Source: Macrostomum lignano
Lineage: Eukaryota
DNA length: 64,000 bases
Assembly (NCBI GenBank): GCA_002269645.1
Contig: NIVC01000342.1
Coordinates: 307,090-371,089, forward strand
Direction of reading: 5' to 3'
Part shown: positions 49,046 through 60,600 of the stretch, piece by piece
Position numbering within the stretch: position 1 is the first letter of the stretch
Layout of the letters: each line of letters starts with the position of its first letter
The notes under the pieces: generated by a model
Database searches by the model: none
Told to the model about the DNA's origin: nothing
Seen by the model: the letters and a program-made list of their open reading frames with translations, nothing else
Translations under genes and position numbers: made by a program

Positions 49046-52000
49046 ATGTGGTCAATAACGCTGACTGAGAAGCTGCTCCTGCTGATTTTACTTCGCTTCT
49101 GCTCCTCTGCAGAAGCTGCTCTGATAGTCAACAGCGGCTTTGGCCTGACATGCCTTGAGCAGGGCAGCTCCAGTCCGTTTGTGCAGGTTCTGATAGATGG
49201 AAATGCCGTGTGCAACACTACTGTGCTTAGCGGTTGGTGCCTTTTGTAACTATACTCGTAGTTTGATAAGCAAGTTATTTATGTATAAGTTAAACCACTT
49301 TAAAACTCACTTTCAGGGAGGTTATTGACATAGATTTTATTTTGCGGGATTTAATCGATCACTTTCCCGGACATATTGCAAGGATTATTGTATGTATCTA
49401 AATAAGCGAGCTTCTCTCTTCTCTTCCTTCGTGACTCGAGAAATTTCTTAATGAAATTTTGTCTATGGTAAGAATGTGGGGGCTTCGCCCCCACACCCCC
49501 AGCAGGGGCTTCGGCCACACACCCCAATCCCCAACTTCAACCATAGACATACAAGTATGGCTCCGGGATTTATCTGAATACATCCTGCAAAATTAAAGTA
49601 GTTTAAATAATTCGGCTCTCGGGATTTAATCACATACCGACCTCAAACCCATAGAATATGTATAAGATTGAGCTCAAACCCATCAAACCCATAGCCATAG
49701 AATAGCCATAGAATTGAGCTCAAACCCATAGAATATGTATAAGATATTCTATCTTATAGACTTTAGCACCAGGGGCTCTAGCAGAAGCAGGCTAAAGCCC
49801 CTGGTGCTAAGAGTGTTGTGTATCGAGCTTTGCAGATAACAGTTGTATTTTAACTTAGGAAATAAGATGTAAGCATAGCAGGTCTTAAAGAAAGAAAAGG
49901 AAAGGGCTCTAGCACCAGGCGCTCTAGCACCAAGGGTTTTAGCACCAGGGACTTTAGCACCAGGGGCGCCAGCACCAGGGACTTTAGCACCAGGGGCGCC
50001 AGCACCAGGGACTTTAGCACCAAGGGTTTTAGCACCAGGGACTTTAGCACCAGGGGCACCAGCACCAGGGAGTTTAGCACCAGGGGCGCGAGCACCAGGG
50101 GCGCGAGCACCAGGGGCGCCAGCACCAGGGGCGCCAGCACCAGGGGCGCCAGCACCAGGGGCGCCAGCACCAGGGGCGCCAGCACCAGGGGCGCCAGCAC
50201 CAGGGGCGCCAGCACCAGGGGCGCCAGCACCAGGGGCGCCAGCACCAGGGGCGCCAGCACCAGGGGCGCCAGCACCAGGGGCGCCAGCACCAGGGGCGCC
50301 AGCACCAGGGGCGCCAGCACCAGGGGCGCCAGCACCAGGGGCGCCAGCACCAGGGGCGCCAGCACCAGGGGCGCCAGCACCAGGGGCGCCAGCACCAGGG
50401 GCGCCAGCACCAAGGGACACCAGTATTTGTTGTGGAATTAAAAAAAATTTGAAACTTGGGCGCCAAACCTGGTTGGTGGGGGGGGGGGGGCGCCACAGTT
50501 GTTGCGAAGGGGCACCAGAATTCTTGTCCCCTCCCTGGCTACCTCCCGCATGTCAGCATTACTGTCAGGCCAGTCCAGGAAAAGTTGTTTCCTCCGAGCT
50601 ACTAAAGTTGGCTGAGAAAATAAATTCTATTTTTTCCTTTAAACTTTACCAGTTTAAGCAAATGAGAGAAGCATATGGCTCAGTAAAGAGACTAAAAGTG
50701 CATTTGAGAATTGACATCAATAAGTAATAAATCTATTACTTTCTTATCATCCGGTTCCAGCCAACCTGCCGCACATGCTGTACCGCGTCAAGGTCATGGA
50801 GGCCAACAATATTTTGGGCAAGGACGGTTCGGGCTCGGGATCCAATTCCGACGCGTACGTTCTAGCCGTGAGCGGAGCCTGCTCAGCAGCGACTGTCATC
50901 CAAAGCACGGAAAAAGTTTCTGGTGAGTTGCTATCTGTTGAAAACAATACGTGCATGTGGTGTTCAATTTTCAATGTGACATGTGTGACATTCTTGTGCG
51001 AAAAAGCAACCCACGAATAGCCAAAATTCGCGCAACGAGGTATTCGTGAACGGAAGTCTTCCTGGGGCTTATCGAGTGCAATTAAAGTCTTTTTGAGGTC
51101 CAACAACTGGGGGGGGGTTGTAGCCTAGTAGTTAGAGCGTCGGGCTCACGACTCAAAGGTCGGGGGTTCGATTCACGACCCACTCGGAACAATGTGTCCT
51201 TGAGCAAGACACTTAACTCTTCATTGCTCCAGTTCACCCAGCTGTAAAATGGGTGCCAGCATTAGCTGGGGTAATTGAGGATGTGTGTGGCGACCCCGCC
51301 TCCATCGGCTGAGCTGTATTTGATATTATTATAAATATTATAGTATTAAGGTACAAACCCGAGGCACAGGGTATCCGTGAGCTTCTGGGCTAGCCCGTAA
51401 GCATCTTTAGTCAAACCCTAAGCGTGTTTCAGCCATCAACTTCTAGAAGCTTCTTGAATCCTTGCATCCTGCCCCGCGTGATTGCCACGGTCATACTAAA
51501 TTATAAGGTATATATGTGGGCGAGAAAATTGACAAAAGCTGGGCGAAGTTGTCAAGCATTTAGCTAAAGCATTTAATGTCTTTTAGCAAGGTCTAGAAGA
51601 GCTGCTGGCGCGGTCACAGATGGCTTAACAAGCGCGCTTGCCTGGGGCCAGCAGCCTCATACAGCGACAGGCACGGCACACGCTTGGCTGGCTACTTCAG
51701 TCAGAGATGTCTCAAAAGCTGCATTGAGTGGCAAGTGGGCATTGAAGGGCACAGCCACCCACACGTGCCTTACATCACGTGGCCCCGCTCCCAGGGAAGC
51801 ACTTAAAAAAATCTCTTTAGTAAAGTAGACAACTTCTTCAACCACGGGGTAGAACTGTAAACCCACATACAAGTAGTGCATCCTGGGACAACTAGTTGTC
51901 CCTGACTGCATCAACATTTTCAGCTCTCCTTTCAATTAATACACTATTAGTGCTTTCCTTGCATGGCGCTTTAGCAATTGAAATGACGCTATTATGGCAA

Positions 52001-55000
52001 CCAAAGCCGTATTCGAATCCCGCAGACTCGCTCAATCCCGTGTGGGACATCACCCTGCCCCAGGCCTACCCGGCTGGCGACTTACTACTGGAAGTGTTCG
52101 ACCACGATGGCAACTACGTGCCGGATTACTTGGGCTTCTGCTGGACCACCCTGTCGCCTGTCAACGGCAGCTGCTGGCTGAGCAGGCAGGGCGGCCTCAA
52201 CTTTACCATTCATGAGGCGGGAAATAGTGAGCACATCTGGCTCTCAAATCCAAACATGCTGTACAAGCAGCTAAGTTGAAGGAATCCGATTTTACTTGAA
52301 CAGCTGGATTCCAGTACATTTCGCTTTAAATACCTAAAGTATCATTCCTTGACGAGCCCTCCTTCCTTGAGTCACTGGGTTGTCGCTTTCCACAGGCTGG
52401 AAATCTTTCACAGAGGGAAGCGTCGCCGTCCATTCCGCTAACCCCTAGCGACCATGGGCAGCTGGTGCTTTGGTGTCGCGCAGGAAGATCCGGTGGTGCC
52501 GGTGTGGATTGTCGCTCGAGGCGGATTCGAGGTGGTCCAGGAGGTGGATTGTCGCTCGCCCTGTACCCTTTGGGTAGCGGACGAGCTGGCAGAGATTCTC
52601 GGGCCTGAAATCGTCGGAAAGGTCCGGGTTTGGGTCGAAGTAGGTGAGCATGTCCTGAGTAAAGGCAGAGCAGTCACAGATGAAGTTCTCCGCATTCCCA
52701 ACACCGGAGAGGCAGAACGGGTAATTCCTCACTGCGGATTTTTTCCCTGGAGGTGAGCGATGCCTGGCAAAGCAGCTATGGTCTGAAAGGGCCATGGTTA
52801 CCACCCTGATGTCCCTGCGGTTGAGTCCAAGCAGGGCCCTGCGCAGGGCGGAGGAAGGACAGGGGACAGCCGCGCGGGATTGCTGGCAGTCGGGGCGTTA
52901 GCCCACATCTCCCTGTGCTTTGAAGCCACCCACTGGCTGATCCGAGTGATGAAAACAGTGATGGGGGTAGGGGCCACGAGCAGGGGACCAGTGAAGGATC
53001 CCGTCAAGCCAGCGTTAGCCAGGCGATCAACCAACTTGATGCTGGGGTGGCCCGAGTGTCCGGGGCTCCTTTTTGGAGGATCCCCGGACAAGGCGTCGGA
53101 GGCGCCTATGCGTCAAGCTGCGCAATGTACGCGAGCAGGTGGTGGTGCACTCAAGGGCGTATATCGCCGCCTGACTGTCTGCAGAGTGGATGAATGAATT
53201 AATCATCATTGGGCTTTCATTCGGTCAGGCGGCTACTTTGCGCGAGAGCAACTTAGAGTAGTCTGTGGCATAAAGCACCTCTCTGATGAAGGGGCACCTG
53301 CCCGACCGGGAGCGTCCCTCTCACCCCTCGAACACGAAGCACCATTCAATTTGGAATCTTGATGCGCCAAAGGAAGGCCGAAGGAGCAAGTCGCCACGAT
53401 GAAGCACCTTCTCCCAGGTCTCCGTGCTTCACCCGTCCGAGTTTCTGGAGATGCTCGGCGTGCCACCGATAAAGTGAACAATCAGATAGGGATATCTACT
53501 TCCTGACTGAGACAGACACCGGGACGAGCGTCGTTGAGTCGGAGGGGAATCGCATGTTGTACGCTCACAGAGTGCTAGAAACTGCGGAGTAGGCGAAAAA
53601 CTAGGGTGTCATCGCATGGAATCGCAATTCACCAATTTAAAGAGGCCAATATAAATTACGAGAGGTGTCCGTAGTGTTTTTTAAGCGGCAAGTCTCTTCA
53701 TTAAAACAGCTGAACGAATGGCTTCGGATTAGCAGTTTGTTTCAGAGACGTAGATTAGTTGAGTACAGCAATTAGTACACATGTACATTAGATGACTAGA
53801 TAGACAATCTCACGTATCTACAAAAACTCTAACTTTTACTAGAACAAAGCAGACAACAAGAGCAACATAAAAATGGTAAAGAACAAACTGGTCGTTAAAT
53901 GGGACGCCTATTTTGACAGTTAGCAGTAAAAGCGTTGAAAGCGTAGCTCATTTTTTAGAGACTCTCATTTGCTGCATCACATCTCTCGTTGAGTCTCGTT
54001 GGCGCTCGTAAGCTTGCAGAAATGGTCGTAAAAATGTTGGCTAAATCAACTCAATAGCATATTTTATAGAAGAACCGTGTCCTGCATTCTGTTAAAGTGA
54101 CGAGTACTGAACAACAAATTCTGAACTAATTAAGTTCAAGTTAATTCATGAATAAAGAATCAGTCAAACTATGCTTGTAGGTTTCACCGAATATTGCTAA
54201 TAATCGATACTATTTGCAGACACCTACACACTGAAGATAGTGTCCGCATGGGATCTGGAGGATACCGACAGCAGCAGCGGACCGTCCGATCCCTTTGTGC
54301 TGGCCTCGTCAGTTGGCTTATTCTGTGGTGCTATCAGTGGAATTGCGCCAGGTAAATCTATAGCTAGACTTAGCTTTTGTGAGCTGCACTATCTTTTTGC
54401 AGCCAGAAGATGGGTTGGAGCGCAATAGAGGCAGTGATGAAGATTCGTCTTTTGGGGTCTGAATATCAGTGAATTATCTGGCCATTATGTTGCTTTTACT
54501 GGTAAGTTTTTACGCTTGCGTATGAAAACGAAACAACAACGAACAAACTTAAACGATAGCCTTGATGACTGGAATCCCCATGGCAGAATAACGTCACGTG
54601 CGTATTGTGTGGCAAGGTGCGGCAAGGGAAGGTGCAGCAAGGGAAAGTGCGGCAAGGGAAGGTGCAGCAAGGGAAAGTGCGGCAAGGGAAGGTGCAGCAA
54701 GGGAAGGTGCGGCAAGGGAAGGTGCGGCAAGGGAAAGTGCGGCAAGGGAAGGTGCGGCAAGGGAAGGTGCGGCAAGGGAAGGTGCGGCAAGGGAAGGTGC
54801 GGCAAGGGAAGGTGCAGCAAGGGAAGGTGCGGCAAGGTAAAATGTGGCAAACGCAATCATCTCAGGTTGAGACAAAATAAGCAGCTTTTCATTTTCTTCG
54901 ACTCTGACATTAATCTCACCGCCACCACCTGAGCCAGACAGCCTGCACCCGCGCTGGAACCAGACCCTGAATGGCCTGTTCGCAGCCAATGCGTCCGTTA

Positions 55001-55562
55001 ATTTCACCCTGTCGGATCGGGACGGCAGTTCCGACCAGATGATCGGCTCGTGCACCAGCCTGCAGCAGCTGAGCCCGGGCCAGCACACGTGCAGCATCAG
55101 CAGCGGCGGCAACTTCACCTATCTGGTTGAGCCGGCGGAAATCCGCGCTGCCAGCTGGTCCAATCCAGGCAAGTGTTTGCGCAGGCAAATTAGTGCTTGT
55201 GCTCATAAATCTTGTTTGACAGACTTATAATAATCAATTTGAAGTTGCACTCTGGTAAGTAGATTTGGTAAGTGTACTTATATATTTCGACGTATTTTTT
55301 GGTCATCGCGCAAGATTCTGTGCTATTACTAAGAGTACTAATTATACCTTATAAATTTTACTGCTGCTCATAAATACATACCACTATAAGATCTGCATTA
55401 AAAATTATGCATCTCGTGCTACGGATCAAACTCAGGCTCAGTCTTTACAGGCCAGTTTTTGAGCCAGTTTTTTCATGTTTTTTAATACATTTTTACATGC
55501 CGAGTTTCATCCTTCTTGCAGCATACGTAGGCTGGCTGGCTACAACCACGTGTATGATTTAG
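49046..55562 (+). CDS. Secreted multi-C2 protein A (signal peptide + perforin-type C2 domains; first C2 lacks its C-terminal-half exon)
   Basis: Exons 49046-49232, 50761-50922, 52026-52226, 54220-54351, 54938-55168 and candidate last exon 55522-55562 (otherwise read-through to stop at 55230). [26 protein letters not shown]; [27 protein letters not shown]; SLNPVWD...[18 protein letters not shown]...[11 protein letters not shown]; [25 protein letters not shown]; SLHPRWNQ...[15 protein letters not shown]...C. Confidence 0.75.
49905..50413. repeat. 15-bp minisatellite GCACCAGGGGCGCCA with GCACCAGGGACTTTA variants, in intron 1 of C2 gene A
   Basis: Read directly; the reverse complement resembles the XPO6 intron-6 units. 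Confidence 0.96.
51114..51316 (+). mobile_element. CORE-like SINE copy 3
   Basis: GGGGTTGTAGCCTAGTAGTTAGAGCG...GGTTCGATTC...TGTGTCCTTGAGCAAGACACTTAACTC...CTGTAAAATGGG. Confidence 0.85.
52430..53500 (-). mobile_element. 3' fragment of an RNase H-bearing non-LTR retrotransposon (R1/I group) in an intron of C2 gene A
   Basis: [31 protein letters not shown] (WVPGHSG...ADRLA), C-terminal [20 protein letters not shown]...RPENL. Confidence 0.75.
54612..54838. repeat. 15-bp minisatellite GGGAAGGTGCGGCAA in an intron of C2 gene A
   Basis: Read directly. Confidence 0.95.
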
Positions 55563-56592
55563 TAGCCATGGTAACTTCGATTGAGTGAATTCCAAACTGC
55601 AATTCAATCTGCTGGAATAATTGACCTCCTATGAATGACCTCTGCTTTCTAGTATCTGTATGTCGCAGGTTGTCCGCCCACCATGTCAGCACAAGCTGTT
55701 AAACCATTCCGCTTCGTGTCATCCAATTTCATCGATAAAAATTCGCGAAGAAATGTTCCTAACAAATAAAAGATTTACAACTAATTCTCTGTTTGAGCGT
55801 ACCGAGTTATCCAGTTCTCTTCACACTTTCTGTAATACAACAGAGACAAAGCATTAGGATTCGCTTTTACAGGGCTGAGCAAACGCTTCAAAAATTGATT
55901 GATGGGTTGATAATCTTCTGATGAAGGGACTACCGGTAATATTTTTAGCGTACTGTTCCGTAAAATTCTCTCTACGTTAAATTTCCACCATTTTCCAGAA
56001 TAATTCGTCACAACACTATTAGCGCATAGGAAATTTATCAGCATTTAATTAGTAGTGTATTTAATTTTAGTTTCCGTACTGTACTTTAGGTTTGTTTATT
56101 TTGTTATAATGCGCAAAAACTGGCACAAAATTCTGGTAGGCCATTTCTCGAATCTCACGAAGATTTCTACAGCCTCCGTTTCAGCATCCCTGCACTCCTA
56201 CCTCTATTTTCACGTGCATGTAATTGGGAAGCTTATTAAGCTATTAGCAGAATAGAAGTATATTACCATTATTATTCGTTTTACTAAAATAAAATTAAAT
56301 AAATAAACCTGACATTTTCAAGCGAACTTTAGTTTTAGTACACAAAATTGTAGTGACTTAAAAATAACAAATGTGACACGTACATGTATATTTATTGACT
56401 ACTTCATTTCGCATTTGGTGTTAGCTAAAATCAGTAAAACAAATTTATAGTCCTCGTACTAAAATGAAAACATAGAAAAATGATAAAAACAAATTTAACA
56501 TTAGACCTACGCTCTCTGATGCTCACGTTCGGATTTCGTAAAAGCAATACTTATACTTCTCCTGGCTCCTGCTGAAGGTCCCTGCTTGCGTG

Positions 56593-57500
56593 TCTCTGGC
56601 TCTCATCCTGACAGTGGATTGGTGTCCTGGGAAGGATGTTCGTCCCGTACCGGGGACTACCGGCTGAGTCCGGAGTCCTCTTGCCCCGGGTGCCTCTCTT
56701 CCGACCCCTTGGCCTGGCCCCCAATATTGAGCTGGATAGGCGATACCCCTTGTGGCTTGCAGCCCTATAGGTCTTTTGGTCGCTGGCCTGATAGGAGACT
56801 CGCCCTCGGATACAAGCCTTCCAGACTCACTCCAATAGTCAAGCCATTTCCGAGAGAAACTCACATTCTCTGGCTCTCATCCTGACAGTGGATTGGTGTC
56901 CTGGGAAGGATGTTCGTCCCGTACCGGGGACTACCGGCTGAGTCCGGAGTCCTCTTGCCCCGGGTGCCTCTCTTCCGACCCCTTGGCCTGGCCCCCAATA
57001 TTGAGCTGGATAGGCGATACCCCTTGTGGCTTGCAGCCCTATAGGTCTTTTGGTCGCTGGCCTGATAGGAGACTCGCCCTCGGATACAAGCCTTCCAGAC
57101 TCACTCCAATAGTCAAGCCATTTCCGCAGGTTTAGGAGTAACTCCTCACTCGGACCGCTTTTTCAGTAGTATCCCAAGCATTTTGCTCTCCAATTTTTCT
57201 GCGCACTCCCAAAGACTCGCTAGCTGGGGGGATGGTCTGGGTGGATTCAGTCCTAGTACCGTCCCTGATTCCACTAATATTGGGTTGGCGGTGTCTTGTA
57301 CCGTAGGCTTGAGGTCCTTCTGCTCTCCCCTGGCTTAAGTCAGGGCCCAACTAAATTGGCTCTCGGTCTTCCGAGGAGGGTATCTCGGGTCCACGAAAGT
57401 GCCCTAGGATAGTGCCCCACAGCGGCAGAGCCCCCCCCCCCCCCCAGGGCTGATCCGCGGGTAAGCCCAGCTTCCCACCCCCGTTTAACAACAACAACAA
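56593..57500. mobile_element. Unclassified GC-rich insertion with 274-bp direct tandem duplication (56593-56852 / 56867-57126), poly-C run and (AAC)n end
   Basis: Exact duplication seen; GC-rich island in AT-rich DNA between the two convergent C2 genes; no recognisable protein motif. Confidence 0.5.
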
Positions 57501-57629
57501 AAGCAATACGAATAAGGACTTACCGTAAAAACCTACCCAAGACTTCAGTCCGAATAACGAAATTTGGAGGAGAATTTAGCTGGCGATGTCTAAACTTGTG
57601 GTAGCAAATTCTACATGCAGCCAAGTTCA

Positions 57630-60600
57630 CTACTCACCCACAGTGTAGGTGAGGCTGCCCTGGCCCGTCAGACTGCAGGTGAAGTTGCCCAGCTGCAGCT
57701 CAGCCACCACACAGTAGCCAATAAGCGTGTCGGGCGTATCGAAGAATGCGTCGTCGTCATAGACGGACAGAGTCACTTGCTGTGCAGGGTAGTGGAAGGA
57801 TTGGAGCACTTCGTTCCAGACCGGAGACATGCTATCTGCAATGTTCAGGAGCATAGATCAGCTTTAATTTTACTCAAACTCAAGTTACAAGCATGAACCA
57901 TTTAGGCAATGGTCTCCATGGAGTTCCCAGCCGTACTCACTCCATACAACTGTGGAGTTTTCGCCACAGTTGGGATCGTAGGCGGCTGCCACCACCAGCG
58001 GGTCCGGCAAGTCGTCAAAGTTGGTAACAATCAGGTTGCTTGCAGATTTAATAGTGATGCTGAAGGTGCCTGACGGGGAAGGAAAAGTGTCAATTCAATC
58101 TACTACCCCTTGTCAACTAAGGGGTAGTAGCTAGCCTAGTGGTTAGAGCGTCGGAGTCACGACTGAAAGGTCGGGGGTTCGATTCCCGATCCAACTGGGA
58201 ACAATTTGTGTCCTTGAAAAAGACACTTACTCGATCTGCATTGCTTCAGTTCACTCAGCTGTTAAATGGGTGCCAGCATTAGCTGGGGTAAATTGAGGGT
58301 GTGTGTGGCGACCCCCAAGCCCTTGCAGGACTGAACAGCCGTACGCAGCCTTCAGATGCGCCTCGCAATAGCTGCGGCTGAGCTGTCGGTTGCACAGCTG
58401 CCTTAATTAACATTTATAGCTATTAATTTTAGATGATAGATTATAAGCAATGCAGGATGTTTTACTATTTTTCTGTGTTAATCATAAACAATCATAAGAA
58501 AGTGACCTCGACTGAAAAGTATTTCTTTCAATTCTGGCGGTCATCATTAGTCTGCTGACCGACTTGAGCTGAAACTCACCTGCAGTGGCTGCTGTTACCG
58601 TATATTCCAATGTCCCTTTTATACTAAGCGCGCACCGGTAAGTGCCAGTCTTCAGAGTCCTAACGCAGTAGCCAAGTCTCTCCCGTCTGTAGTAGCTGCC
58701 GTCGTCATCAAAGACTTCGAATCTCACGTGACCGCTGGGGTAGCTGACTGGCAATAGGTGGTTCCACGTCGGGTAGGGTCTGTCTGCAAGTATATTGCAT
58801 TGATTATTTTTATTCCATATTTGTGTTGTATCAATATTTAAGCTTGTATTGATGCTGTGCACGAGTCTTTAAGACCCATCTGACAGCATCTTTTGTTACC
58901 GTTGCCGTATGTAATGAAACAAGTCAATGTCGGCAAAAAATATAATGTTTGCATACAAGGGGACGCATTACAGCTATCAATTGATTCTCTACTTAAGCTT
59001 ACGCACACGACCGACACAACACTAGTTATCGATTCCAATATTATAACGATAAAATGTACATTAAGGTTATGCGAAGTCCTGTCCAAAAAATTGGACAAGG
59101 TGGTTGCAAGGACCACTGCCGTACAGTGCACTCTACTACAGATGTCCTTGGGTGGCTGCCTTGCCAACCATGATTCAGTAAATTCGAGTTCAGCATGTAA
59201 AAATGCCGTCGCTCGTCGTGGCATCCTTGATCACCAACCGGATGCTTTTGAGCAAGCTGAATCACCAATCAACTTATGTGCCGCTTGGAATCGTGTGTTA
59301 AAATGGTTTAGTTGTCCTTATACCGAACCTAAACAAAGAATACTCGTAGAATACGCTGTAGCCACGAATCCTACTCGTAGTTAGGGTTTAGTTTAGAACG
59401 ATATTTCCCCACCTTCAGGTTTCACTTCAGGTGTTTCTTGCCCCTGCAAACGCGATTGGCCCGTTTGCGTGCTCGCGTGTGCGTTTCTGCTCAAGGACCA
59501 CTGTAGTTTAGCAGGACGTCAAACTCAAAGTCAAAGATAGTGTAATTTTTTGGAGGCCGATTTCCTGGAAAAATACACTGCGGAGATAGGAAGAAATCTT
59601 TTGCTTCGTCACAAAGTCACTGATTGCATTTAATCTTGGGCAGTGAAGGTTAACATTCTTTTAATTTTGCATGCACAGCATGTTACTCATCTATTTTATA
59701 TAGTTGTACAGCGAAAGTTTCATTTTCATATGTTTTATAAGCCAAGATTTGAAAATGCTCACAAGTGGCATTAGCTTAACTTTTTGTTTGTTCCTTCTTG
59801 AATAAAGTATATATATTATAGAAATGTTGCTACTCTTAAGCCATTATTGTAGATATAATTCCATTTCAATGCATATTCGTTCCTACATACATGCATACAA
59901 AGTTATTGCGTACAATTTTGATTTTTCCCTATCTCCGCAGTGTACTTTTTCCAGGAAATCGGCCTCCAAAAATTACACGATCTTTGAATTTTTGTCCTTG
60001 TGCCTGCTTTGTGTGAATGCTGAGGATGCTTCTTAGAAGGAGGGTCTTGCTACCTTGTCTTTCTATGTCTCTAACTGCCTTGAACACTTATGTTCGGCCA
60101 GGTGACTGAATTTTTACCGAAAAAAGTACATCATCTAGCTTGACTCACCATCAATCTTTGGTGTCTGCTGGATGAGCCGCCCAGCGCAGACTGGCGACGG
60201 AACGGCTCTCATGTAGGGGTCGGTGGCCTGACCATCTCCGGAATCGAGGTTCGGCAGACCAGCAGCTGATGTAGCCTTGATTGTGTAGAAGCTCAGTGCG
60301 CTATCTGCCAGGTTAAAAGCAGAGTTTGAAAAGGCTCATTTGGATCTGGTTGCATTCTGCTTATTTTGTGTCAGGGTTTAAGTCCATAATTAGTTTTAAC
60401 TGCTTACGAATTAAAACTGTAAAACTTACTATGTTGATAGAAACTGATGTAGCCTCTAACGCTGCTGTACCTCTCAATTTTGCACTGGCTGTATCCGTTT
60501 ACATAGCTGCTCACAGTGCAGTCGCCAATGTAGTCATCGCTGTTGTGAGAGTCATAGTCATAGACAGAGAGAGTGAAACTTCCAGACTCCCAGTCCGGGC

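Noticed and set aside
49749-50496. (GAPGA)n silk/elastin-like ORF and its LAPLV/WCWRP frames
   Set aside because: All are translations of a 15-bp minisatellite; no ATG start, signal peptide or splice support.
54485-54932. GKGRC/LPHLP/AAPSL repeat ORFs, including a 174-aa minus-strand ORF
   Set aside because: Derived from the 15-bp intronic array and from the antisense of a C2 exon.
56593-57480. Hammerhead or HDV-like ribozyme (retrozyme) in the tandem 274-bp unit
   Set aside because: By eye, no CUGANGA...GAAA core on either strand; a CCCTCCTCGG segment lacks a matching P3/P1.1. An Infernal scan would be decisive.
58121-58200. SINE heads (also at 6240-6314 and 51114-51190) as tRNA genes (Val-CAC-like loop)
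   Set aside because: Acceptor and anticodon stems pair poorly, and each continues into the shared CORE-like body.
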